A DNA stretch of 64,000 nucleotides from Deltaproteobacteria bacterium (lineage in GTDB: Bacteria; UBA10199; JACPAL01; JACOUP01): the NCBI GenBank assembly GCA_016177765.1, contig JACOUP010000008.1, forward strand, positions 641,165 to 705,164. Reading direction: 5' to 3'. The notes beneath the pieces are model-generated. The model was given only the letters and a program-made list of their open reading frames with translations. It did not search any database and had not been told where the DNA came from. Both the position numbers and the translations under genes were made by a program. Shown in pieces: positions 26,110-36,102 of the stretch. The stretch's first letter is position 1. Every line of letters begins with the position of its first letter.

Positions 26110-26894
26110 GGCTTTTTAGGCAAAAAGGCCTCGAACGGATCCGATCTGCGAGGCTCTTTGTAGTAGTAATAGAGCCTTCCCATAATGTTCACCGTCCGGA
26201 CAGAGGGGTTCTGTTCTGCCACCACGCGCCCCTCCGGAGTGGTTGGTTGAAAGACCATCCCTCTCGCTTCTCCATTGTTAATATCGGCTGTCTTGTATCT
26301 CACAAAAACCCGGAAGGTATTGACAGGGATCTCTTGACCACGAGGGGGAAGTTCCAAGAGGACATCTTGATCGGACGGCGTGACATCAGCACGAACCCTT
26401 GTATTCCCATTAACCCCTTCCATCACGTTTGGCCTATCAGCGACGACCGGCATCTTCCCCCCTCCTTCCAACCCCTTCAGGGTCTCTGCTGGTGGTTTGT
26501 AAGCGGTCCCCGGTTCTCGAACACCCCCTGCCAAGGCCGGTTGTTCAGCGGACTCAAAAACCAGATTTTTCAAATCCCCTGTGGAAGGGTCGTACTGGGC
26601 GGTAGCCTTTGTCCCCAGACTGTAATCAACTGTCTTGGGGCCTGAAAATTCGTTCTGTCCATTCCCCACCTCCCCCCAAAATTGCGCATCCTCGTCATCC
26701 CTCACCTCGGCGTACCGCAGGATCCCTTTGGCATCCTTAAAACCGACATGGTCCCCCGGTTTCAAAAGGCCCATTTCTCCATGCCGATGATAATAAATAA
26801 GCCCGCCATTCTTGTACTGGCGGTATTGATCGCGAGACGGGGCCAAGGCCGACAGCGGCGGCGGTGTTCGGTCCAAACCATTCACAGAACCCAT
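26106..26894 (-). CDS. Hypothetical protein of 262 aa.
   Basis: An ORF with no recognisable motif, convergent on the transglutaminase-like gene with a 4-nt overlap. Confidence 0.45.
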   Translation of the reverse strand: MGSVNGLDRTPPPLSALAPSRDQYRQYKNGGLIYYHRHGEMGLLKPGDHVGFKDAKGILRYAEVRDDEDAQFWGEVGNGQNEFSGPKTVDYSLGTKATAQYDPSTGDLKNLVFESAEQPALAGGVREPGTAYKPPAETLKGLEGGGKMPVVADRPNVMEGVNGNTRVRADVTPSDQDVLLELPPRGQEIPVNTFRVFVRYKTADINNGEARGMVFQPTTPEGRVVAEQNPSVRTVNIMGRLYYYYKEPRRSDPFEAFLPKKP

Positions 26895-27041
26895 AAAAAC
26901 CTCCTTTTAAAGGTACCCCCTATCTCAAGTAAGCAATCACCGTGCCATCGGAGTCACCAAGCCGCTAATTTTCAACTATTTGATATTTTTGAAATTTCTG
27001 TGTATGTTGGAGGCCTGTCATTCAGGAGAGGGGGTTAAAAA

Positions 27042-27941
27042 TTGCCCATTTCACCGAAATCACGTCGTAATTTTGACACTGTCTTGACTTCAAGACTCCC
27101 TGGCTGGGTGCGGAGCGGCGCCTTTGCGATGATCCTCTCCTGCCTCTTTTTTTCGCTCATGGGGGTTGGGGTCAAGTTCAGCACCCGGACCCTCCCCCTG
27201 TTCGAAGTCGTCTTTTTCCGTTCCATCATCAGCGCTCTGATCTTAGGAATTCTCATCAAGAGGCGGCACCAGTCCCTCAGGGGTTTCAACGAGAAGGTCC
27301 TCCTCCAACGAGGGCTGGCCAGCTTCCTGGCCCTCCTCTGTAACTTTTATGCCATCTCCAAAATCCCTTTGGCCGATGCCTCGGTCCTGACAAACAGCTC
27401 CCCCCTTTTTGCCGTTATCCTCTCGGTGATCTTTCTCAAAGAAAAACTGAACGGCCGCCTTCTTTTTCTCCTCTTTCTTTCCGTCATCGGAATCTTTTTT
27501 ATCCTGAAACCAACTCTTGATTGGTGGAACATTCCCAGTCTGGTCGCCCTGGCCGCCGCCTTTTTTGCCGCCATCGCTTTTGTCATCATCCACCAACTCC
27601 ACGAAACGGAGTCTTCTCTCACCATCGCCTTCTACTTTGCGGTCGTCGCCTCCTTCGGTTCGCTCCCCCTGATGTTGATCAATTTCCAGATGCCGGTCGG
27701 GATGGAGCGCTGGTTTTTGGTCTTCATGGGGGTCTGCGGCACTTTTGGACAGGTTTACCTCTGTGAAGCCTATAAAAACGAACAGGTCTCCTGGATCACT
27801 TCTCTGATCTATACGACCGTCCTCTTCGCCTTTCTCTGGGGGATTCTCTTTTTTGGCGAGATCCCCGACCGCTATTCCCTCATCGGGACCCTCCTGACCG
27901 TCGCCTCCTGCATCGCGATTATCCGATTGCGAAAAACCTGA
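27042..27941 (+). CDS. EamA/DMT-superfamily transporter.
   Basis: About 10 predicted TM helices in two EamA-like halves. Confidence 0.75.
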   Translation: MPISPKSRRNFDTVLTSRLPGWVRSGAFAMILSCLFFSLMGVGVKFSTRTLPLFEVVFFRSIISALILGILIKRRHQSLRGFNEKVLLQRGLASFLALLCNFYAISKIPLADASVLTNSSPLFAVILSVIFLKEKLNGRLLFLLFLSVIGIFFILKPTLDWWNIPSLVALAAAFFAAIAFVIIHQLHETESSLTIAFYFAVVASFGSLPLMLINFQMPVGMERWFLVFMGVCGTFGQVYLCEAYKNEQVSWITSLIYTTVLFAFLWGILFFGEIPDRYSLIGTLLTVASCIAIIRLRKT

Positions 27942-27961
27942 TTGGCGATACAATCCCCCCC

Positions 27962-29485
27962 ATGCGCAAGATCCCCGCGACGATGGCAACCCAGCATCCG
28001 GATAACGCCCAGGCCCCCTATTGGGGAACCTCCCCTTTTATTTCAACGGGAGAAGAGGTGGAAGAGGCGTACCGCTGTTTTGCCGACTTGGGCATCGACG
28101 AATATATGTGGGACTGGGAGGGAAAGTTTGTCGATGAAGCGGTCGTGGACCGTCTTTTGAATCACTACCTCCCCTATTTCCGAAAAAACCAGTTGGGAAG
28201 AGACAAGTTCCTGACCTTTCGGATCCCGAACATCTGGAAGGAAAAGGCCCATCACCGCCTGGCCCGTTCCTACATGGGGATCCTGACCGCCGCCCATACC
28301 GCCCGTGACTATAAAGTCCACTGCCCCCCCATTTTCGAGGTCATCCTGCCGATGACCACCTCACCGGACCAGTTGATCGCGATCCATGAACGGTACCACC
28401 ATGCCTTTCAGTACGAACGGATGGTCTTTGGAGCCCCCGCAACGAAAAAACCGTTTCTTGAAGTGATCCCGCTCATCGAAGGGAGCGTGACCCTCCTTCA
28501 ATCGGGCGAAATTTTGGCGACTTACCTCAAAAAAATTCAAAAACTGTACCGACAAAAAATTTCCACCATCCGTCCCTTTATCGCCCGCTCGGACCCGGCG
28601 CTCGACTCCGGCTATATCCCGGCCCTCCTCGGCGCGAAGGGGGCGTTGTCGGAATATTACCGGTTCGAGGAAAAGAGCGGGGTTCGTGTCTTCCCGATTA
28701 TCGGCGTCGGTTCCCTCCCGTTCCGCGGCGGGTTGAACCCGGATAACCTGGAGAGTTTCATGGAGCTGTATGCCGGTGTCCGCACCGTCACCATTCAATC
28801 CGCCTTCCGGTACGATTACCCGTTGGACAAGGTAAAAAGGGCGATCCGGACCCTCAAGGAAAAACTGCCGCGGCGAAGGGCGGTGATTGTCGACCCCAAA
28901 ATTTTGCAAAGAATGGTTCAGATCGCCCAACTTTTTGCCGCTGAATACCAGCCGGTGATCGAAAATCTGGCTGGAACCATCAATCAACTCTCCCCATTCA
29001 TCCCCCAACATCGGGAGAGGATTCTCCATACCGGCCATTTTGGTTACTCCCGCAAAATCGGCCGGTCAAAAAAGTCTCTCCCGCGGGCGATTACCTTTAC
29101 CGCCACTCTCGCCTCCCTCGGTATCCCCCCTTCTCTTATCGGGACCGGACGAGGGTTGAAGAAGGCCCTTAAGGAACGGCATGGCCCGCTCTTGGACAGG
29201 CTTTTTCCATCGCTTCCTCAAGAATTGCAAGAAGTCGGTGGTTACCTGAACCGGGAAAATCTTGAATTTTTGAGCCGTAAAGACCCGGCCTGGCAATTCA
29301 TAAAAAAAGATGTCTCTTTCCTGGAGTCTTACTTGGGGACCCGGATGGAACCAAAGACAACCGATCAGTATACCCACAGAAACATGACTTCGAATATTTA
29401 TCACCTCTGGCGGGCCGAAAGAGACCCACGGTTGTTAGCCGAAGAGATCCTCCGCGCCGCCCGGGTCCGAAGGAGCCTCGGATGA
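27962..29485 (+). CDS. Phosphoenolpyruvate carboxylase, archaeal type (PepcA family).
   Basis: The N-terminus IPATMATQHPDN and the ~500-aa length match my recollection of the archaeal-type PEPC family. The call rests on memory of that N-terminal motif only. Confidence 0.55.
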   Translation: MRKIPATMATQHPDNAQAPYWGTSPFISTGEEVEEAYRCFADLGIDEYMWDWEGKFVDEAVVDRLLNHYLPYFRKNQLGRDKFLTFRIPNIWKEKAHHRLARSYMGILTAAHTARDYKVHCPPIFEVILPMTTSPDQLIAIHERYHHAFQYERMVFGAPATKKPFLEVIPLIEGSVTLLQSGEILATYLKKIQKLYRQKISTIRPFIARSDPALDSGYIPALLGAKGALSEYYRFEEKSGVRVFPIIGVGSLPFRGGLNPDNLESFMELYAGVRTVTIQSAFRYDYPLDKVKRAIRTLKEKLPRRRAVIVDPKILQRMVQIAQLFAAEYQPVIENLAGTINQLSPFIPQHRERILHTGHFGYSRKIGRSKKSLPRAITFTATLASLGIPPSLIGTGRGLKKALKERHGPLLDRLFPSLPQELQEVGGYLNRENLEFLSRKDPAWQFIKKDVSFLESYLGTRMEPKTTDQYTHRNMTSNIYHLWRAERDPRLLAEEILRAARVRRSLG

Positions 29486-29964
29486 CAAAAGAGATTGAAG
29501 CGGTCGCCGCGGTGATAGAACAGGACGGCAAATTTCTGATCACAAAACGGCTTAAGGAGTCTCACCTGGGGCATTGTTGGGAATTTCCGGGCGGCAAAAG
29601 AGAAAATGGAGAAACGGTCGAAGAGTGTGCCGTTCGTGAGTGCCAGGAAGAGATCGGCGTTGTTATTGAACCGGTCCGCTATCTCAAGGCGGTCCGGTAT
29701 GAATACCCGGATGTCAAAGTCTTTCTCCACTTTGTCCTCTGTCGCCTCGTCTCCGGAGACCCCCAGCCGATTGAATGTGCCGACCCGACCTGGATCCGAC
29801 CCGAAGAGTTTGCCAAATATGAATTCCCGGCGGCGGACCGGCAGGTTATCGAGGAATTGATTATAAGGATGGGTGGCGAGGGTCGGGCGCCCGGCCGAGC
29901 GGAACGGGTGAGCACGGCTGGGCGGAACCCGAGACAGGACCCATCCGAGGGGACTGGAGGTTAG
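29482..29964 (+). CDS. NUDIX hydrolase, MutT-like.
   Basis: The Nudix box GGKRENGETVEECAVRECQEEIGV is present. Confidence 0.85.
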   Translation: MTKEIEAVAAVIEQDGKFLITKRLKESHLGHCWEFPGGKRENGETVEECAVRECQEEIGVVIEPVRYLKAVRYEYPDVKVFLHFVLCRLVSGDPQPIECADPTWIRPEEFAKYEFPAADRQVIEELIIRMGGEGRAPGRAERVSTAGRNPRQDPSEGTGG

Positions 29965-29967
29965 ATC

Positions 29968-30414
29968 ATGAAGAAAAAATTTCCCGTCAAAGCCGAGGTC
30001 ACCGTTTATTTCTCCGACTGCGACCCGATGAACCACTGCAACAACGCCCGGTTTTTCACCTTTTTCGAGTATGCCCGGATGCAGTACTATAAAAAACTGA
30101 AGGCACTCGATCTCCGAAAGATGAACGCCTCCAGCCCCTTTGCCTTTATCGTCGCCGAGGTCTCCTGCACCTTCCGGTCTCCGGCCTCCATTGATGAAAC
30201 GCTCGTTATCAAGACTTGCATCAGCGAGATAAAGACCAAAAGTTTTGTTATGGAATACGAGGTTCTGGAAAAAAAGAGCCGCCGTCCGGTAGCCCTTGGC
30301 CGATCGGTTCAAGTGATGTATAATTACAAAAAAAAGCGAAGCTTTCCAATCCCTCCCCATCTCCGGCGGAAGATCGAAAAACTGGAAGGGTGGTTCACCC
30401 AAGGAATCCATTGA
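29968..30414 (+). CDS. Acyl-CoA thioesterase of the 4HBT/YbgC hotdog family.
   Basis: VYFSDCDPMNHCNNARFFTFFEYAR is the hotdog-fold thioesterase motif. Confidence 0.8.
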   Translation: MKKKFPVKAEVTVYFSDCDPMNHCNNARFFTFFEYARMQYYKKLKALDLRKMNASSPFAFIVAEVSCTFRSPASIDETLVIKTCISEIKTKSFVMEYEVLEKKSRRPVALGRSVQVMYNYKKKRSFPIPPHLRRKIEKLEGWFTQGIH

Positions 30415-31229
30415 AACGTTTCTCGGATATTGCCCATTTGCCTGAAGAAGAGATCGAACTGGCCGAGGCGGCCCTGCTCGTCGCCAAGGAACAGTACCCG
30501 GATCTCGATGTCTCTTCTTACCTGACGAAGCTCGATGAAATGGGGGAAAGGGCTCGCCTACGGGTAGGTCAGGTGGTTGGCGGCCGGCAGATCATTGAAG
30601 GACTCAACAACTACCTTTTCAAGGAAGAGGGATTTCATGGCAACGTAGAGGATTACTACAGCCCCACCAACAGCTTTTTGAACGATGTCCTCGATCACCG
30701 GACGGGAATTCCGATAACCCTCTCAGTCATCTATATCGAAACAGGGCGGCGGGCCGGAATCCCGCTCCAGGGCGTCGCCTTTCCGGGACACTTCCTGGTA
30801 AAATATTCAAACGAGGGGGAGGAGATTGTCCTCGACCCCTTCCATCAGGGCAGAATCTTGTCTGAGAAGGATTGTTCGGAACAGCTCCGCCGGATGTTTG
30901 GTGAAAAACTGCGTTTTGACAAAAAACTTTTCCGGGCGGCCACGAAGAAGGAGGTTCTGACCCGAATGCTGACTAACCTCAAGGCTATTTATACGACCAG
31001 GAAAGATTTTGAAAAGGCGCTCCGGATGATCAGTCATATTGTCAGTCTTAATCCCAAGGCAAGCCAGGAAATTAAAGAGCGGGGTATTCTCTATACACAG
31101 ATCGGCTGTTACCAACAGGCGATTGAGGATTTCAAGAATTACCTTGTCTGCGAACCGGGGGCCGTTGACCGGGAGATTATTGAACAATATATGAGAGAAC
31201 TCTCCGCCAAGGTTCCTTCGGTCCATTAA
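30390..31229 (+). CDS. SirB1-family protein with a transglutaminase-like N-terminal domain and TPR repeats.
   Basis: TGIPITLSVIYIETGRRAGIPLQGVAFPGHFLVKY matches the SirB1/YchA family core. Confidence 0.65.
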   Translation: MVHPRNPLKRFSDIAHLPEEEIELAEAALLVAKEQYPDLDVSSYLTKLDEMGERARLRVGQVVGGRQIIEGLNNYLFKEEGFHGNVEDYYSPTNSFLNDVLDHRTGIPITLSVIYIETGRRAGIPLQGVAFPGHFLVKYSNEGEEIVLDPFHQGRILSEKDCSEQLRRMFGEKLRFDKKLFRAATKKEVLTRMLTNLKAIYTTRKDFEKALRMISHIVSLNPKASQEIKERGILYTQIGCYQQAIEDFKNYLVCEPGAVDREIIEQYMRELSAKVPSVH

Positions 31230-31251
31230 GGGCAGACACGGGGGTCTGCCC

Positions 31252-31578
31252 CTACTTCTTTTCTTCCATCGTCTCACGAACTTTTTTGACGTCGGCCGCC
31301 TCCATCCGGGAGGGGATCCCGAGCGACCCCATCACCTCATTGGTCATCCGGGCGGTCACCTTGTTTCTGGCAGACCCTGTTCCATCAATATCCGCCTCCA
31401 AAAACCGGTCGATTTTCTCCGTTGAAACGCCGGTATTCAGGAGCGTATCGAGCAGGTCGTTATAGCCAAAAGAACCGGAGGCCTCGAGTTGTCGAAAGGC
31501 TTGGGCCAGTTTCAGACAATCGGGACAGATTTTCTTTAAAAAACCAGCCTTGATCTGACAATAAAGACAAACCGCCAT
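31252..31578 (-). CDS. Small zinc-ribbon protein (CxxC...CxxC).
   Basis: CLYCQ ... CPDC at the N-terminus. Confidence 0.4.
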   Translation of the reverse strand: MAVCLYCQIKAGFLKKICPDCLKLAQAFRQLEASGSFGYNDLLDTLLNTGVSTEKIDRFLEADIDGTGSARNKVTARMTNEVMGSLGIPSRMEAADVKKVRETMEEKK

Positions 31579-31598
31579 ATTTTGAGAAGTATAGTATT

Positions 31599-32306
31599 TT
31601 AACTCTTGGTGGCCCCCGGCATAACCTGGGCCTCTCCCTCAACGGCGCCGGTATCCTTTGGGACCTTCTTGCGGGAACGGCTCGTCAGTTCATTCCCCTC
31701 TTCCTTGTGAATGATAACCACCGCAATGGTGTCATCGATGCTGGCCGCGATCCTGCCGACAAACTGCCCTTCCGGATCAGCCTCCGTACAGGAACGACGG
31801 AAGGCGTTGCAAACCTCTTTTTCAAGGACGGAGACCTTCTCGCCGGCCATCTCTATCTTGGAAACCGAACCGCTCTCCTCCTCTCTTGCTCCCTCCCTGT
31901 TGCCAACAGCCCCGGATGAATCATCCTTGGTCGGATTCACAACCTTTTTATCCGGATCCCGCCGCTCCCGGGCATACGCCTCACGAACCAGGAATTGTTG
32001 CAAAAAGCCGCTTCCACCGGACCCCTCGTTGATCAGGAGGACCATCGAAGAGGCGGGGACCGCACCGGCCTCCCCCGTCATCGTAACGATCCCGTTTTCA
32101 TCGGGTGGCGAGAGGACCATCCGCCCCAAGACAGGGGCCGGCAGGGAGACCGGAGGGGCATCGGCGGCAGTACCACTGCTCGTCCCCCCTGAGACTTCAC
32201 CGGAAACGTCGTCGGCAGGCCCTCCACCGGGGGTGGTTCCCTGATTACAAGAGGCAAAACAAAGAAGGACTAGAAATAAACCAGCCTTCAACCGCCAGAA
32301 AGACAT
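31599..32306 (-). CDS. Putative lipoprotein.
   Basis: Signal peptide with lipobox LLCFASC, followed by a Gly/Ser/Thr-rich linker. Confidence 0.5.
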   Translation of the reverse strand: MSFWRLKAGLFLVLLCFASCNQGTTPGGGPADDVSGEVSGGTSSGTAADAPPVSLPAPVLGRMVLSPPDENGIVTMTGEAGAVPASSMVLLINEGSGGSGFLQQFLVREAYARERRDPDKKVVNPTKDDSSGAVGNREGAREEESGSVSKIEMAGEKVSVLEKEVCNAFRRSCTEADPEGQFVGRIAASIDDTIAVVIIHKEEGNELTSRSRKKVPKDTGAVEGEAQVMPGATKS

Positions 32307-32339
32307 AGAGGTAGTATACCCCTTTGATCCCCCCTTAAG

Positions 32340-32406
32340 GAAATTGTTTGTCTTTTAATATCAAAATAATATATAATTTATCATATAAATATATATTATA
32401 TCTTAT
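32340..32406 (+). promoter_or_regulatory. AT-rich promoter-like tract upstream of the kinase gene.
   Basis: This 67-nt stretch is almost entirely A/T (tatcaaaataatatataatttatcatataaatatatattatatcttat) in an otherwise GC-rich background and carries multiple TATAAT-like hexamers. Confidence 0.4.
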
Positions 32407-35400
32407 ATGGATATTATTCCCCATGAACCGATCGGTCGCTATCCTGTCCTTAAAAAGTTAGGGGGAGGGAGTTTTAGCGAGGTCTATCTCGTTCAGGGGG
32501 AGAGTGGTCCCTGTGCCTTGAAACTCCTCAAAAGTCCGCTTGACCCCCAAAGGGAAAAGGAGATGTTGGCCGATTTCAAAAACGAGTTCACCGTCCTCAA
32601 GAATCTCAACCACCCCCATATCACCCGAATCCTTGACTTTGGGTATGATGAAAAACTGAAGCGGTATTATTTCACCAGTGAATTTATCGAAGGAAAGGAC
32701 CTCTTTGCTGCTACAGAAGGGAGGCTGTTCGAACAGATCCTGGAATGGATCATCCAGGCCCTGAGGGCGCTGGCCTATCTTCACAGTTATGGCATCCATC
32801 ATTTTGACCTGAAGGCGGCCAATCTCCTCGTCGGATCAGACCAAAGTTTGAAGATGATCGACTTCGGTCTCGCCTCGATGAGGCCTCCCGATAAGAGAAT
32901 CGGGACTCCCAGCTACATGGCCCCCGAGATTATCAACAGGGAACGGCCTGACGGAAGAGCCGATCTCTACTCCCTGGGTGTCCTTTTCTACTACTGCCTC
33001 ACCCGTCAAAACCCTTTTCGTGCCAGCGGGGTTGAAGAAACCCTTCAACGCCAACAGATGTTGACCCCTCCTCTTCCCTCAAAGATCAACAAACACCTTC
33101 CCCGATTTTTAGATCCAATCCTCATGCGCCTCCTGGAAAAGAACCCGGCCAACCGTTTCCCGCATGCCACCGAGGTCATCCGGGAGATCAACCATCTCTC
33201 CCCAAAAAAATTCCCCCTGGAAACGGCTGAAACCCTCCTTTCCTATATCCCTGAAGAAGGGCGCTTCATCGGTCGTGAAAGTGAACTCCAGACTCTCAAA
33301 GAAATCTTCGAGGAAATTTATAAAAAACAGCCGTCTCGTTCTCAAATAATCCTGATCTCGGCTGAGAGGGGCTGCGGCAAGAGCCGTCTCCTCAAAGAGA
33401 TGAAATACCATGCACAACTTCAGCAGGTGACCGTTCAGGCCGCTTCCTGCCGTGAAAAAGAACAGATCCCCGACTGGCTGGCACAACTGTCACTGGTTTC
33501 TGAAAAAAACACTGCGCCACGGCTCTTTATTCTGGATGACGCCGAGCTTTTGCAAAATCAGGAGGAGTGGCTCACTTCTTTGAAAGCAAGTCTCTCCCGG
33601 CTTTCTTACCATGCCGGAGAAGCGGTTTCAGGAACCCTTGTCCTGGTGGGTGTTGAGGCCGGAAACCCCTTCCTGCACGATTCGTTGGAGGGATTTGTTG
33701 AAAAAGTGATCCCCTTGCAACCGTTCACCAAAGAGGAGTTCAGCGACTACATTGTTTCCCTCACCGGCCTGGATAACCCACCTCCCCTGTTACGGAGCGG
33801 TCTTTATAAAAGAACGGGTGGCACACCTCTCTTCGTGACTGAAGTTCTCAAATCGCTGATCCGCCAAGGGGCGCTTTTTGATGCCGGTGGGCGGTGGAAG
33901 GAGACAATGTTCGAGGATGTCGGTGTTGACTTTTCCAAAATCGATCTTCCCGAAAATCTCGAAGAGCTCTTGTTCGCCCGTTACCGTACCGAACCCCCTG
34001 AAAGCCAAATACTTCTTCAGGTGATCTCCGTTTTTAGGCGTCCGGTGTCACTCCTTGAAATCGCCGGCGTGGCAGAAACCGAGGATGTCGTTCTTCCCCT
34101 CTCCAGGCTGGTTCAGGGAGGGACCCTCTCAAAGCGGGAGATTGTTTATGAATGGACCAACCTCCTGATGGGGGAGGTGATTTACAAACAGCTTTCCCAA
34201 GAGGAGTCGGGTGCCTGGCATGAAAAAATTGCTGGTTTTCTCGAATCGCAAGGAGGTGAGGTCTCCCCGGAGGAAACGGCCTTTCACAAGGCCCATGTCC
34301 GGGATCCTGAAAAGGCGATCCTGGAAACGATCCGGCTGGGGAATTTTTATCTGGAAAGGGGACGCGGTCACCAGGCCACTCAGGCTTTCGGTTGGGGACT
34401 GCAACGACTGACGCCAAAAGACCCAAGACGGCCTGAATTTCTGATGAAGTTGGGAGAAGCCTATCTGATCCATCAAGAGTACCCGAAGGCCCTTCAGACA
34501 CTCGAAGAGGCCGAGGCCATTTTTACCCGGGAGAATTCAACCAGCAACCGGCGTCTTGACAACCTCCTGAGGATCGGCGGGACCTATTTCAAGACCGGTT
34601 ACAACAAAAAGGCCAAGGAATTTTTCTCCAAGACGAGAAAATTACTCCAAGAATTCAAGGAAGACCACGTCCACCGGTTGATCTGTGCCAACTTTGAAGG
34701 GGCCATTCTCTTCCAGGAGGGAAAACTGAAGGAGGCGGAATCCGTTTTTCTGGAGTCGAGAAAGAGCTGGCATCAGCAATTGTCCACCGCGGAAAAGGCC
34801 AGGGTCACGAACAACGATCTTGGGCTGGTCACCCTCACCGAAGGGAAAACCAATGAGGCCTTGCGGATCTTTCGCGAAGACCTGGACTATTACACCTCCA
34901 TCCAGGATGAATTGCTCATGGCCCGAAATCATTATAATATCGCCGAGGCCTGCTTTGTGCTTCAAGAATACGGGGAAACGATCGACCACTACAAAAAGGT
35001 GATCCCCCTTACCCAAAAGACAGAGAACTGGGAACTCCTGTTCAGGACCTACAATGGTCTGGGAAATGTCTACAACATGATCCACGACGAGGATAACAGC
35101 GCCCAGCATTACCAGCGGGGTCTGGAACTGTCTGAAAAAATGGGGGATCTGAGGAGCGCCTCTTCCATCTCTATCAACCTCGCGATCATTGAAAACAAGC
35201 GAAAAGATTTTCAAAAGGCATTGGGTTCCTTGAAACCGGCCCTCTTTTTCTTCAAGAAATTGCGGCTGAAATCAGCCTTTGACTGGAATTCGCTGGCGCG
35301 GGGACTCCTCGAACAGGCCGATATTGAGCGTCAAACCGGCAACTTTGACAAGGCCCGGGCCTCTCTCGACGAAGCACTTGTCATGGTCCGCCATGCTGAA

Positions 35401-36102
35401 GGGATGAAAGGCCAGGTCTTCTGGATCTTGCAGGCCAAGGTAGAACTTCTTTTGGAACAGGGAAAGAAAAAAGAGGCTAAAGCACTACTCGCCGAGGTCC
35501 AAGAATCAATCCAAGAAGAACGACAACAACAAAAATTTGAAGAACTCCTTCAAAAAATTGGGGGTCATTCCTCAAAAAGGATTATTCCGGTAAAAATAAA
35601 CGGCAAGATTGCCGGCACACTGACACTCAATCCGGATTTCTCTATAAAAGCGGGACAGGTCTTGGAACTTTCTATCCCCCTCTCTCCTTCTCTCCCGCTG
35701 AAAGGAAAAATCGAAGATAAAACCGCCTACGATCCCACGAAGTGTTGGGATGATTACAAAACTCTGATCCTCGCCAAGGCCTATCAGGCTAGTCATTTCA
35801 GGCCACAACCAACCGCTAAAATTCTGGGGATCGGTATCGCAACACTCTATAGAGTGATCCGGCAGAAGGGTTTGATGGATGAAAACCATCCTTTCTATCG
35901 TGAAACCTTTCATTATCAATCAGGAAAAAAACTGAGGGAGTACCTGCCCGAAATTTTTAAGGCGGCCTTGGCCCATGCCCGACAAAGGCCTTACAGGGCA
36001 ATCGCCCTCCTGAAGGTGAGTCCCGGATTTTTTTACAAAATAATGAAAATCAGGTCTTCTCCCGCCGGGCCCAGAGGAAGAGGAGGAGGCCGATCACGAT
36101 GA
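32407..36102 (+). CDS. Multidomain regulator: Ser/Thr protein kinase, P-loop (STAND/AAA-like) NTPase, TPR repeats and a C-terminal Fis-type HTH.
   Basis: GGGSFSEV...ALK, HFDLKAANLLV, DFGLA and GTPSYMAPE give the kinase. ISAERGCGKSRLL is the P-loop. TPR-like helical repeats follow, and AKILGIGIATLYRVIRQKGL is the HTH. Confidence 0.85.
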   Translation: MDIIPHEPIGRYPVLKKLGGGSFSEVYLVQGESGPCALKLLKSPLDPQREKEMLADFKNEFTVLKNLNHPHITRILDFGYDEKLKRYYFTSEFIEGKDLFAATEGRLFEQILEWIIQALRALAYLHSYGIHHFDLKAANLLVGSDQSLKMIDFGLASMRPPDKRIGTPSYMAPEIINRERPDGRADLYSLGVLFYYCLTRQNPFRASGVEETLQRQQMLTPPLPSKINKHLPRFLDPILMRLLEKNPANRFPHATEVIREINHLSPKKFPLETAETLLSYIPEEGRFIGRESELQTLKEIFEEIYKKQPSRSQIILISAERGCGKSRLLKEMKYHAQLQQVTVQAASCREKEQIPDWLAQLSLVSEKNTAPRLFILDDAELLQNQEEWLTSLKASLSRLSYHAGEAVSGTLVLVGVEAGNPFLHDSLEGFVEKVIPLQPFTKEEFSDYIVSLTGLDNPPPLLRSGLYKRTGGTPLFVTEVLKSLIRQGALFDAGGRWKETMFEDVGVDFSKIDLPENLEELLFARYRTEPPESQILLQVISVFRRPVSLLEIAGVAETEDVVLPLSRLVQGGTLSKREIVYEWTNLLMGEVIYKQLSQEESGAWHEKIAGFLESQGGEVSPEETAFHKAHVRDPEKAILETIRLGNFYLERGRGHQATQAFGWGLQRLTPKDPRRPEFLMKLGEAYLIHQEYPKALQTLEEAEAIFTRENSTSNRRLDNLLRIGGTYFKTGYNKKAKEFFSKTRKLLQEFKEDHVHRLICANFEGAILFQEGKLKEAESVFLESRKSWHQQLSTAEKARVTNNDLGLVTLTEGKTNEALRIFREDLDYYTSIQDELLMARNHYNIAEACFVLQEYGETIDHYKKVIPLTQKTENWELLFRTYNGLGNVYNMIHDEDNSAQHYQRGLELSEKMGDLRSASSISINLAIIENKRKDFQKALGSLKPALFFFKKLRLKSAFDWNSLARGLLEQADIERQTGNFDKARASLDEALVMVRHAEGMKGQVFWILQAKVELLLEQGKKKEAKALLAEVQESIQEERQQQKFEELLQKIGGHSSKRIIPVKINGKIAGTLTLNPDFSIKAGQVLELSIPLSPSLPLKGKIEDKTAYDPTKCWDDYKTLILAKAYQASHFRPQPTAKILGIGIATLYRVIRQKGLMDENHPFYRETFHYQSGKKLREYLPEIFKAALAHARQRPYRAIALLKVSPGFFYKIMKIRSSPAGPRGRGGGRSR

